From: Psammoneis japonica
Lineage: Eukaryota
NCBI GenBank assembly: GCA_008632985.1
Contig: QPGO01000170.1
Span: 124,001 to 160,339 of the forward strand
DNA: 36,339 nucleotides
Direction of reading: 5' to 3'
Below are positions 1 through 10,544 of this stretch, piece by piece; the stretch's first letter is position 1, and every line of letters starts with the position of its first letter. The position numbers and the translations under genes are program-made. Below the pieces are notes generated by a model. The model was not told the DNA's origin. It ran no database searches and saw nothing but the letters and a program-made list of their open reading frames with translations.

Positions 1-1122
1 CTTATCCAGCCAGACAAGAGGTTTGGACTGAAACACAGTCATGCATTCGTGCATGACACGAGAAACCTGAGCCTTGATTCTCGGCGTTCTTCTTGACCAA
101 GGCCGCCATGCAGTGTTAATGACCGGCAAAGGGGGGCATGCTTCTGGGCTCTGCTTCTGACTTGCTTCCTTGGTTTTTGAGCCCTTTTCTATACTTTTTC
201 CCACTGCTTTCCACAGAGTCTCTAGTAAACGAGCACATTCTGACTTGATGACTGGTGTTACAGCACTGTCTGGCAACTGCGGTACCTCCCCAATTACCGC
301 AAGTGCCTGCCGAAACAACATGGTTTGTTCATTATCACGATACTGATTGTTTCTGACAAAGTCAGATACTCGACTCAAGCCTAGATCAAGCGCTTCTGGC
401 AACGAGTCTACACCGCTACCAACAGTCGAGCGGCCCTTCTCCATAAAGCTCCATACCACGCCCAAAACTCGGATGCATTCTGATTTAACAACCAACAACA
501 AGTCGCTTGCAACTTCAATCAAGAGAAACTTGATGAAAATAGCAAGAAGCTCACGAAGCGCAATAGTCTCAGGCGTGTCTCGATGGCGATTGTCACGGAT
601 CTTTCGATTGATGACTCGATTCGAGAAATCAGCCAGAGTATCTTGAAAAGGATCCATATTCTCTTCAGTCTCTTCTTGTTCACCTACTCCTGAGGTACTT
701 CTGTCCTTGTCTTCACGTAGGACTTGTTGTCTGCTTGAAATGTCTTGTTTGCTTGAACTGACTTTTTGTGATCTCTCGTTCGAAGAATCGTTACTGGCAG
801 AGGGTCGATTCGTGCCTTGTTGATTCGTGCCCGGAATGGTTCCTGAATAAGCATGCAACTTGTCGCTGGTACCTGCATGCTCATGATGATCCTCGAATGG
901 GATTGGAGAATTTTCCCTGTTTTGTCCGTTTTGAGAAGAAATGACACGATCCTCTTGGCGCTGATGCACTGATTCGTATGTAACAGTCCTTATGGATGGT
1001 TGTTCGCCTTGCTGTGTCAGAGCAGGGTGAATGCTAAGGGATACATCATCGGTATGTAAGGACGACGCAGAAGAGCTCTTCTTGTCGGTACAGTTTAACA
1101 CATGATCGTTATGATCCGCCAT
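1..1122 (-). CDS. Hypothetical protein, 3'-partial (runs off window start)
   Basis: Hand translation: ATG at 1122 (MADHNDHVLNCTDKKSSS...), in-frame TAA just upstream, no stop down to position 1 (374 codons). Missing from the ORF track because there is no stop in the window. Normal TA content. Confidence 0.6.
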   Translation of the reverse strand, partial: MADHNDHVLNCTDKKSSSASSLHTDDVSLSIHPALTQQGEQPSIRTVTYESVHQRQEDRVISSQNGQNRENSPIPFEDHHEHAGTSDKLHAYSGTIPGTNQQGTNRPSASNDSSNERSQKVSSSKQDISSRQQVLREDKDRSTSGVGEQEETEENMDPFQDTLADFSNRVINRKIRDNRHRDTPETIALRELLAIFIKFLLIEVASDLLLVVKSECIRVLGVVWSFMEKGRSTVGSGVDSLPEALDLGLSRVSDFVRNNQYRDNEQTMLFRQALAVIGEVPQLPDSAVTPVIKSECARLLETLWKAVGKSIEKGSKTKEASQKQSPEACPPLPVINTAWRPWSRRTPRIKAQVSRVMHECMTVFQSKPLVWLDK

Positions 1123-3523
1123 GTGTGCCAATGTTGTGGTTTGTTTGTGATGCAGCAGCTTTTGTTTCCTTTATGTATTACCCGAACTTCTAATGACAAT
1201 GATTGTGTTGTTGCGTCGAGAGCGTGCGTTTTTCAGTTCACGTTGCTTGGGACGTCTTTGGAAGTGAGACTGTCGAAGAAAGTTACGTAGAATTTGTACT
1301 GAAACAGTCTGTCAATCAGTGCGATGGGGGCATTTGGGAACACTGGACAAATCCTACGTGTTTCATTTTGCGTACAAATTTTACTGGGAAAACCCCGAAA
1401 CGCACAGACGGACAGTACATTGTTTGGCAGGCAGCTCTCCAAAGACGTCATCCAAATGAAAGATACAGTACGGACGACGAGCGAGACGGCAAACGCTGAT
1501 GACGGACCCCTGCCGCAGTCTAGACTACTGTATTCAAACTGCGCGTGAGACGGGAAGTTGGCTTGGGGGTGCGGTGCGGAAGAGGTTGAGCATGCTGGAT
1601 GCACGAATCATCGCGATTGCGACCACATCATTCAGTGCATGCGGGCCACGTAGATTCTACGCACGCGCGCCATGCTCTTCATCTCAATCGTGGCGGGCTC
1701 AACAAGATTGGTCTTTTCGTCTCATTCGTGGATGAACCATTCGCAGTTTCTTTTTTGGTGCATTCGGCAAGCTTGTTGCAAAGGAGCCAAAGCCAAACTT
1801 GTGGATTTGCTCCTTTGCTCTGATTCAAGCAGTGCAGACATTTGAGGAGGACCTCAACAACAAGTCCACGGCAAAATCAATGATGCATGGCTCGCTCTGT
1901 TTGCCGGGGCTCTGGGACATGCCTCTTTGTTTCTCGTGGTGCAAAGCTCAAGGACAGACTTGCCCAACTGTGACTGGCACATCTGTCATTTGACTCATGT
2001 GCCAGGTTTGGAAGACTCAAGCCAAGGACCACCTGTGCAGCAGCAACAAAGGCAAAGTTGATGACAGGAGTGGCCCCAAGCTGTCGCGCCCAGTGTGCAC
2101 TGATCTGCAGCAGGTTTGGGTGCATCAGCCATGCAGCACCACACGCAATCACTCATTTGTCTGCCTGGCTCTCTGCAAATCTACAAAGCCACTGTGAATC
2201 ACATGAAATGCAAAAACAATGGCCCTCAGCCAGCAGAAAACAAGTGTTCATAAAAACAGGGTGTGCAACAAAGCAGATTTGTTCCCACCAGCATGCACCA
2301 CAACTTGCAGATGCCAGCAGCATCTTGCATTGTGGGGCTCCCATGGCAGGTGATGCACAGCCCAAAAGCATGTGCCACACATGCCTGCACAAACTCAAAC
2401 TCACTCTGCTGAGAAGTGGGCAGGTTGATGGCGTTGCTGCACTTCAACCGGGGAGTGGCTGGCCTGCACAGTCATGAGGGTTGAGCACTCAATTGGCCCA
2501 CAAAACCCTGTCTGTCAAGCAAATGCTCTGTGCACAATGCTGCTCATTGCCCAGCACTTGCTGGGAACTGAGATGAGCTTCTTGAGGCAAAGGTCTTCAC
2601 TTGTGGGTGAGAAGACGCCGGCGCACATGCATGGCATGAATGGGCGCTTTGCACAACTGGGGGTTTTGGAGCAACACACCACCAGCTCAGAAATGGCCCT
2701 TGCAAGTGTCAACAGTGGCAATCAACATGCCCCAGCTTTGGTGGATTGAACCTTGCACTGCTGCACTGTGACATGAGAGTTTTTTGATCATGCGCCACAT
2801 GTGTCAGGCACGCACATCTGTGTGCATGCTCTTCTGCAAAATTGCCCCATGCTCCCAAATGCTTTTTGTGTTGCTTGCTTGTGAGAACAAAAACAGTCTG
2901 GGTGCCCTGGGCAAGTGCCCAGGGTTTCAAGAAAATGTCACCACTTTTTGCTCAATTTTGTGAAAATGTTGGTGCTCTCAACATTTTTGGATTCAAAAGA
3001 CAGTTGAGGGTGGCCTGGAAAGCTGGCCAAAGACAAAAGCACCTGGCTGCATCCATTTTTCCATGAAAAAGTGATTTTTTTTAGCTCTGCACCCCAAGCC
3101 CCACCAAACAAATGATGTCACACATTGAGCAGCAACTCTCAAACTTTGAGCTGCAAAACTGCATGACAATTTGCTCTTTCATCTCAAGAGCACACAAGAC
3201 AGTTAAAAGTGACTTTTTTCCACCACAGAGACAGCAAGGCAAATGACCACATTGACAAACTTTGCAGGATGATTGCTTTGAGTGCTGTTGCACAGACATG
3301 GCATTGTCGCACCTTCAAATCTGACACACAAAATGACACATTTTGCTGTCAATTTTGTGCACAGTTTGTGATGTGGAGTCAGAACACCACAGTTTTCAGC
3401 ATGCAAATCACCAACAATGTCAATGTGACATGACAACAAAGCCTCCACTCCAGCACATTCACTCAACAACTGGTTGGGATTTGTGATGGCTTCAATGGTG
3501 TGCCGATTGCAGGGGCTGCATGA

Positions 3524-3925
3524 GATGGCAATGTTGCCATGTTGCTGTTTTCTTGAAACCCCACAGAAAACAATGCACTGCAAGCATGGGTTTTTTTCTG
3601 TTGACAATGTTCTTGGCAGAGAGCCCACATGCAACATTTTGCAGGTGCAGCATTGCATGGAGATCTGCCTGTCAGTGCTGGGGTGCATCAATCTTTGTAG
3701 CTGCTCAACACCTGTCTCCCAATTTGCACTCAGCGGAGAAGAGCCAATGGAAAGAAGGTGCATTTCTCAAACCTTCAGCTTTGAGATGGCACAATTTCCA
3801 CTGATCTGGTGTGTGTCCTCATGGGGCTCTGTTGACAGTGACAGCTGGCAACAACGCTGGATGGCGCTGTTGCCATGTTGCTGTTTTCTTCAAACCCCAC
3901 AGAAGCAACACACTGCAATCATGGG
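3524..3925 (+). repeat. ~66-bp dispersed direct repeat pair (3524-3590, 3860-3925)
   Basis: gatggcaatgttgccatgttgctgttttcttgaaaccccacagaaaacaatgcactgcaagcatggg vs gatggcgctgttgccatgttgctgttttcttcaaaccccacagaagcaacacactgcaatcatggg. Confidence 0.8.
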
Positions 3926-4348
3926 TGAGTTTGTGCACACACAAAATTTCTTTTTAAGGTGCTTTTGACAGTCACTGGTTGGTTCATCAGCACCACCTGA
4001 TGTTTTGAGTGCAGAGCTCACACACAGCATTCTGGCGTGGGTGCAATGTCCATCTGGGACGCCAACAATCTGGGTCTGACCATCTGCCATGATCTGGGCA
4101 TTTGTTGACTTCAATGCCAGATTGTTGTCAACTTATGAGCCAAGTCTCTCCTCAAACACAATGTGAGAACCACACAAGTTTGCAAGCTTCTAAAACCCAA
4201 ATCGCTTCCCACTTTTAAGTGCGGTCATTCTTTTCACACAATGGCGACCTGCACCTCAATTGACATTTGCAGTTTCTTGTTCTTTTGTCACAAATGTTGC
4301 TGCTTGTAATCCACTCGTCCTGCATTTTGTCTCTTTGCTGTGTTGTTT

Positions 4349-5536
4349 TCAAATCCAAACTCCCAACTGCCACACGTTCTTGCATCTAAACCGCTTTGCA
4401 GAAAGTTTTTCACATTTTTGCTTTTCTGGATTTTGTTGTTTGTGTTTCAATTTGCACTTGCACACCAGTTTGGTTGGCCACCATTGCAGCATTTGCCACC
4501 GCTCCATTGCCTGCAGCCACCGCCTGCAATGGCAGGTCCTCTCCCATCGGCACCGCCCATCCTTCCTCTCTCTCCTTTCTCTTTTCCTCTCTTTTGCGTT
4601 TCTTGTTTTCCTCCTTGGACAAGCTCGTCTTCTCTTGCCTTCTCTCTCCTTGAACCATGCACCGAATCCCTGGTTGTTCTCTCTGTCTTTCACCACCCAC
4701 TGGCACAGATCATTGTGCTTCTTGATCCCCTCCTTGCTCCATCCTTGGTTCCTCTTTGCCAATTCCCCCACTGCCTGCGCTGTGTGCTTTGCAGGAGCAG
4801 AGTCTTTCACTGTCAGCTTTCTTCTCCTTGCAACATTTTCTTCCTTTTCCAATTTCTCGGCCGTGTCCTTCACCTTGTTGCAGTGGCTCAAGTGCACTGG
4901 CAGAGCAAACGCCTCTGACGAAATGGAAAGCCACTCCTGAAGCATGTCGGTTGTGCTTCCACCAAACTGCGCTTGTCCCACCACCATCGGCACCACAGTT
5001 TCCAAGAACCATGCGCGTGTGTCCTTGTCATTTCTTCCCTTTGTCAAATCTTCACAATCCACCAGCGATCCCTCTAAAGCAGCAACTGCACAGATGAAAG
5101 CAAAGGAAGCAACACTCATCCCGTTGGACAATCGCCTCCAACACAATCAAAGGCGCGCACACATCTGCTTGCCTGTCATTCTCCTCCCAATGTTGTCCTG
5201 CACATTGTTCCTCTTTTGGTTGAGTTTGGTTCTGAACACCTCTTTGCATTCTTCCCAGAATGCCTCCGGTGAAGACGCCATGCTCCTCAACTCCTGCAGA
5301 ACCAATTTCATGCAATCTCCTCCTGCAGCAAGTTCTTGATCAAAGATTGTGAACTTGCCATGTGGCCAAACACTTTCATTGATTGCCTTTGTCAGCACAT
5401 CAATGCTGTCAATCTCTCGCCCACCGCTGGTGCATGATCCAACACAAGACATCCCTCTGTGGGAGTCACCACCGAACTTGAATCCCCACCTGTGCCTGGA
5501 ATCTGTTTGGTTTCCCATGTCCATTTCTTTGTGCAT
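4349..5536 (-). pseudogene. Decayed two-exon gene, transposon-associated hypothetical protein
   Basis: ORFs 5147-5536 (VWPHGKF...FWEECKEVFRTKLNQKRNNV) and 4349-5146 (SSEAFAL...KHT...GWSKEGIKKHNDL...KDR) join in frame (M-T-V-A-A-L-E-G) if an 87-bp intron 5172->5086 is removed. The motifs resemble proteins I recall beside diatom Plavaka-like transposases (unverified). Confidence 0.5.
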
Positions 5537-6307
5537 GCAACAAGGCCGCCACCGCAGGACTCATGGTGACTTCATGTGACACCACACAGGTGAGCCCAAT
5601 TCAGTCAGTTCTTCAGCAACTCTTTGTCATGTCCTTTCTCAACCTCACTTGCTGCTGGAAGTTGCGCTTCCTCCCTCCATTGCTCCTGTGAGAACTGCAT
5701 CTTCCATCCTTTTTACCTTCCCAATGGCTTCCTCTCATTTGGAACTTCTGTCCTTTCCTGTCACTTTATGAACAGGCAAGTTGCAAAATGAATGCACTTT
5801 GCATGTGATTTTCTCTGTTTTGTTGTTGCTTGCATGTCCTCTCTTGATTCAAACATGTCTTTGCATCATTTTTGAGTGCTCATTCCCAACCCCATGTTTG
5901 AATTTCTGTCAACCTTCCACTGTTTTGAATTGCGCACCTTTGCCAGCCAATCTACAACACACCAATGAAAATTGCAACATCATTTGGGTCAATGTCAAAC
6001 AACACATTTTACACTCTTGCATTGGTGCATGCATTGTGCCTGCTTCCTGATGCAACATCAGCTTCATTTGGTTCAATGAGGTGTGTCAAACCTCCTGTTT
6101 GTTTGTGCAAATCCACATTGCTCATTGTCTCTTGTCAATTCATCCCTGTCTCAATCAGTCATTCTCTCTGTTTCCCCTGCACCACATCTCTCCAATTGCT
6201 CTCTCTGTTGCCCAAACTGTCCAGCCCACTTTCCAGTTGTTCAATGTGTGTGTGCATCAGCAAAAGCATCCGTCCACAATTTCACACATTCCCTTTTTAG
6301 TCCTCCA

Positions 6308-7072
6308 ATGGCTGCCAAAGCATGTCATTGTCACTGAGATGTGGTCGTTGTGAGTCGTTCCTGTTGTGGGAACGTGCGCTCCCTCCATCGCAATCACATG
6401 CAGCCAACTGATGATCAAATTGGTTGTTTTGCTGGTGGTGGCGTGGAATCACACGGCAGCATGGCAAGCTTTGCCTTCTTCACTGAGGTTGTTTGTAACC
6501 CTGCTCTCCTTGTGGCCCAAACTTGCAGCCCTTTTAATTTCATTGACATTGGTGGTGGTGTTGCCGGTTTTGCGATTGCCTGTTGTTTGCTTGTTCCTTT
6601 CTGCAATGCCTGCAGCATTGAGTTCCACCGCCCCCCTCATGATTTGGGCTCTCAGTGGTGCAATGCCATCTGGCCTGACCACACCAGTTGCTGTCCCACC
6701 CTGATCAATCAGGACTTCCTCTCTGAAGATGATGCTGTGCGTCAGTTGTGCCGTCAGAACAACTTAAAGATTTTCTTCAACAACTGCAATGGGCGAATGC
6801 TTTTTGACGACAATGCAACACAGAACCAACTCAAGGAGATGCTGCCCAATGAGTGTCCTGAAGGTGCTGTCATCATTTCGCTGGACGTGATGTTTTGTGC
6901 GCATGCCCACAAATGGAGGCATGAAGCATTCTTTGTTCCTGCCTGTCCAGACGATCCATCATGGGGAGGCAGTGTCAACAGGCACCCACTTCACAAGTGC
7001 ACCAAGAAAAGAGACGATGCCGTGGAGCCAAGGCATTCCACCAGGAATGACCCAGGGTCTGACATCAAATGA
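6308..7072 (+). pseudogene. DOT1-like (H3K79-type) class I SAM-dependent methyltransferase, hypermutated
   Basis: Motifs in DOT1 order: HGS (cf. YGE), FIDIGGG (cf. FxDLGSG), SIE (cf. GIE), QDFL, IFFNN (cf. IFVNN), PEGAVIISL (cf. KEGGRIVSS). ATG at 6308 is in frame, with a TGA at 6335 (plausibly CGA->TGA). Confidence 0.65.
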
Positions 7073-7234
7073 AAATTTGAGCCCGCCAAAAGTGGGCAAC
7101 TTGGCACTTTCCCTTTTTTTGTGTGACTTTCTTCCATGCAAGCAATGCATTGTCAATTGGCCCTTCGCACAAACTTGCTTTTTACCTTTGCTGACTTGCT
7201 GCTCAGCCAGTTTTGCATTCCAACAACTGCTTGT

Positions 7235-8243
7235 TCACACGCTCACTGTGTCGAAATTGTGGACTGGACATGCCATGTTCCTTTGATCCGAGTTCTTTTT
7301 GTCAGGCAAAGCTCGGTGCAACATTCTTGCATCAAAAACAAATGCAGTGCCTGCTTCTCCAACCAGCAATTGTTTTTCCAAACCCAACCTGACCAAGTGT
7401 TTTTTGCATTCCTTCTCATTCAATGTTGCCTCACAACCATCCAGCCATGTCTCAACTGCACCATTGTCCTCCATTGTGTCATCGAGGAACAGAAACATGG
7501 TGAAAATTTTGTCGCCAGGAAACAATTCTGTTTCCACGCAATCACAATGAATTTCCCCCTTTGACCAGAAGTTTGATGTTGAGCTTGAAAACTTGAAGCA
7601 GGGGCGTTTGCTGCTGTGTGCCGGGATGTCTTTCTGCATGAATCACCTGCTGGGGGAAAGCCAGGAATTGACCCCAACATTTTTCTGCCAACTCAATGCC
7701 TTCCGCCTTGTCCTTTTTGTCAATGATGAACTCACTGACAAAACGGTGTCCTTCCTTCTCTTGCTTGCTGCTTGGTGCCTTGTTTGCCAGGGTTGCAATC
7801 TTGTTGAACAGGGGTTGTGGTGTTTTGAATTTTTGCAAGCAGCCTTTTTTTCCTTCCTGGTGCACTCTTTCTTTGGACCCGGCCATCTTGCTCTTGACGA
7901 CATGAGATTTCATTTCACCCGGGTGTGCCAGTAACTTGCTGTGTTTCTGACATGATGTTGTCGGCCAATGGGCAAATTTCCAGCATCCGTCAACAGAACA
8001 CTTTTGCACCATTCTCTGAACATGCCGGCTCCACCAAATCAAATGGAACCCAGTCTTTTTTTTTAAGCAGAACAGACCCAATTCAGCGAAAGTCCGCATC
8101 CATTGCTGTGCAATGAGCATGGCTTTCTTGTGAAATCTGTGTTGCCAACGGCATCTGTTGGGTGCACGGCAGACGTTTTTTTCGTAAATGGTCCAGTGTG
8201 ATGTGATCTTCGTCCATCCTCTTTGCTGCATGATCTCATTCAA
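7235..8243 (-). pseudogene. PhyH-like 2OG-Fe(II) dioxygenase, frameshifted and hypermutated
   Basis: GEIHCD (HxD), TMFLFLDD..DNGAVETW, GEAGTAFVFDARMLHRA (distal His) and a downstream Arg in ORF 7235-7639. The N-terminal part probably lies in ORF 7542-8243, with a frameshift near 7560. Confidence 0.65.
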
Positions 8244-8435
8244 TGGGTCATCCCAGCTGTCTCAAAGCACAGAAAACAATTTGGTTGCACACTGTCTTGT
8301 CAGTGTTTTTGTGTGATGTTTTCATGTTGACACCGCGGCCAACACAAAGGAACAGCCACCATCCACCATTCATTCCGCACCAAAAACAAACTCTTTTAGA
8401 ACAATGTGTGCAATGAACAACTGCAAATGATGCTT

Positions 8436-8735
8436 CGGTGTCACTTTTTAATTGACACACCCACATGTCAACAGATCAATTTGGTGCCATTTTTTGTTGA
8501 TGCACTTGTCTGCCAACAGACCAATTTGGCACAACTTTTTCATTGTTGCACACATGTGTTGACATGTGTGTTTGGCATCACTTTTTTGTTGACACACCTG
8601 TCTGTCAACAGAGCAACTTGGTTTCACTTTTTTGTTTTGCACATGTGCGCCAACAGAAGAATTTGGTGTCACTTTTTTGTTGATGCACCTGTCTGTTGAC
8701 AGATCAATTTGGTGTCACTTTTTTGTTTGCACACT
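8436..8735. repeat. Degenerate tandem array, ~45-bp unit, ~6-7 copies
   Basis: Consensus approx. ttggtgtcacttttttgttgacacacctgtctgtcaacagatcaat, with an internal inverted pair TGTTGAC...GTCAACA. Confidence 0.85.
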
Positions 8736-9024
8736 GAACAAAAGCCAGTGCATTGTCGTGACATAAAGTGGATCTCCCGCAGCAAACCACATTCTCCCAA
8801 ATCTGGTCCAAGTCGCTGATCAACGCATTTTGAGCAGCAAACGGACAACGTTGGGGCAACTCTGTCTCTTGTCCTCCGCAGCCATGTCATTCCCTTTGTG
8901 AAACAATGACCTCAACATGATCCCACCCCAAAGAATGCCTCCCAATCCCTTGCCTGTTGTGCCACGTTGCTGAAATGGAGCTGACGAATCTCTTTTTTGT
9001 CCGGCGCATCGCACTTCTTTCCTG

Positions 9025-10544
9025 ATGACATTCCACCCAACTCAACCTGACATTGCTTTGCCACTGCCATGTCACAAAACAGCGTTGGCCAACATTCCAT
9101 CTGGCCGTTGTCCCCCATCGGTGCATCCAGCCCCGTTTGGCACAGAAAACAGCCTTGACACAAAATTGAGGCTGCATTGTTCTCCCACACGTTGGGTGAA
9201 CAAATGCGGTCACGTTCATTCATCACTCAAAAAAAGGGGTTTGACAGACCACTCAATCCGCGGCATTGTGCTGATGATGTTTGGTGCAAAAATCTTTGCG
9301 TTTGAGAGCAGTGGGAAGAGCAATGCATGCAACCCAAACCGCCTTGGTGAACTTGCAAAATGGCCGGCACATCCAAGCTACATTGGATTGGCTTTGAAGA
9401 GGGCTCCCAGAGCTGGCTCAACGAAAGAAAAAAAGGCATGCAGAAAAATCATTGATGTGCACTGCCTCCAAACCAAAAAATGCAAAAGATCTGTGGTGGT
9501 TCAGGTGAGGGATTGCATCTTGCGCACTGCTTCCATTTCCCATCTGTTCCTCACCCAACAAAATGCATGTTGATTTCTCCTAGAATGAAAGCAAAGCTAA
9601 AAGTCAAATGATTGCCACTGGTGTTGACTCCGGTGTGGAGGCTGCCCATGACTGTGACAATGACACAACTTGGGCAGAGACGGATGTCATGGATGACGAA
9701 CATCAAATTTTGACTGGGGCAGAGAGTGAAGAAGTGTTGCCAGCAAGGGATTGCATCTGTCGCACCACTTGCATTTCCCATCTGTTCCTTGCCTGACAAA
9801 ATGCATGTTGATGTCTCCTGGAATGAAAGCAAAGCTAAAAGTCAAACAATTGCCACCGGCATTGACTCAGGTGAGGAGGCTGCCCATGACTGTGACAACA
9901 ACACAACATGGGTGGAGACGGATGACATGGATGACAAATGTCAAATTTTGACTGGGCCAGAGAGTGAAGAATTGTTGCATGATGCTGGCAGATTGTTGAC
10001 AATTGGCATGGAAGTCGGTGGTGATTTAAATGGAAGTGACAAAGATGCGCGCAACAGCATTCAAACTCAATGCCTGCAGGATCTTGGATGTGATGTTTGC
10101 ACAATTGACAAGAAGACATGCGCTGTGCTTCCTCACTGAAGCACACAGAGTGCGATGTTCTAAGTTTGCACAGATCAGCGGAATGGAAGAGATCATCCAA
10201 AGAGACAAAGTTTGACCGCACTTGCTTTGACTGCGTGCATTCAAACCCAGCGCATCTCTTGGCTTCAGTTCTAAAGGGACCTTTTTTCCAAGATGCACTC
10301 AAGGAGCTGCTGCTGTTGCTGACGGAAAATGGGATTTTCTTCTTGCCTGCATGCAATCTTGCTTTTTCCAAATTTTGGGTCAAATGGAAGAAACAACACA
10401 TGTCGGAAGAGTGCCCAATTTGCTTCTTGCGTGAAGAGCAAGCACAGAACAAGGTCCCCATCCTTTGAGACAAGGCACAAGTTGACATCTCTGCCTGCGG
10501 AAAGTTTTGTGCAAGGGAAGAGTGCACAAAGGATCATGAGTTAA
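9025..10544 (+). pseudogene. Decayed multi-exon gene with duplicated acidic exon and possible C-terminal methyltransferase-fold domain
   Basis: Phase-0 introns 9505-9583 and 9743-9821 join ORF 9025 (...VVVQ) to two NESKAKSQ...ESEE exons. Downstream FDRTCFDC...LTENGIFFLP weakly resembles class I MTase beta4/beta5. Confidence 0.45.
9505..9978 (+). repeat. 238-bp tandem duplication of an intron+exon unit
   Basis: 9505-9742 aligns with 9743-9978 (gaatgaaagcaaagctaaaagtcaaa at 9583 and 9821). Many differences are TG<->CA swaps. Confidence 0.92.

Noticed and set aside
347..947. Track ORFs 347-646 (+) and 684-947 (-)
   Set aside because: They overlap the longer uninterrupted minus-strand frame 1122->1, which is the better gene candidate.
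8436..8735. CRISPR array
   Set aside because: No unique spacers, degenerate contiguous units, no cas genes, eukaryotic context.
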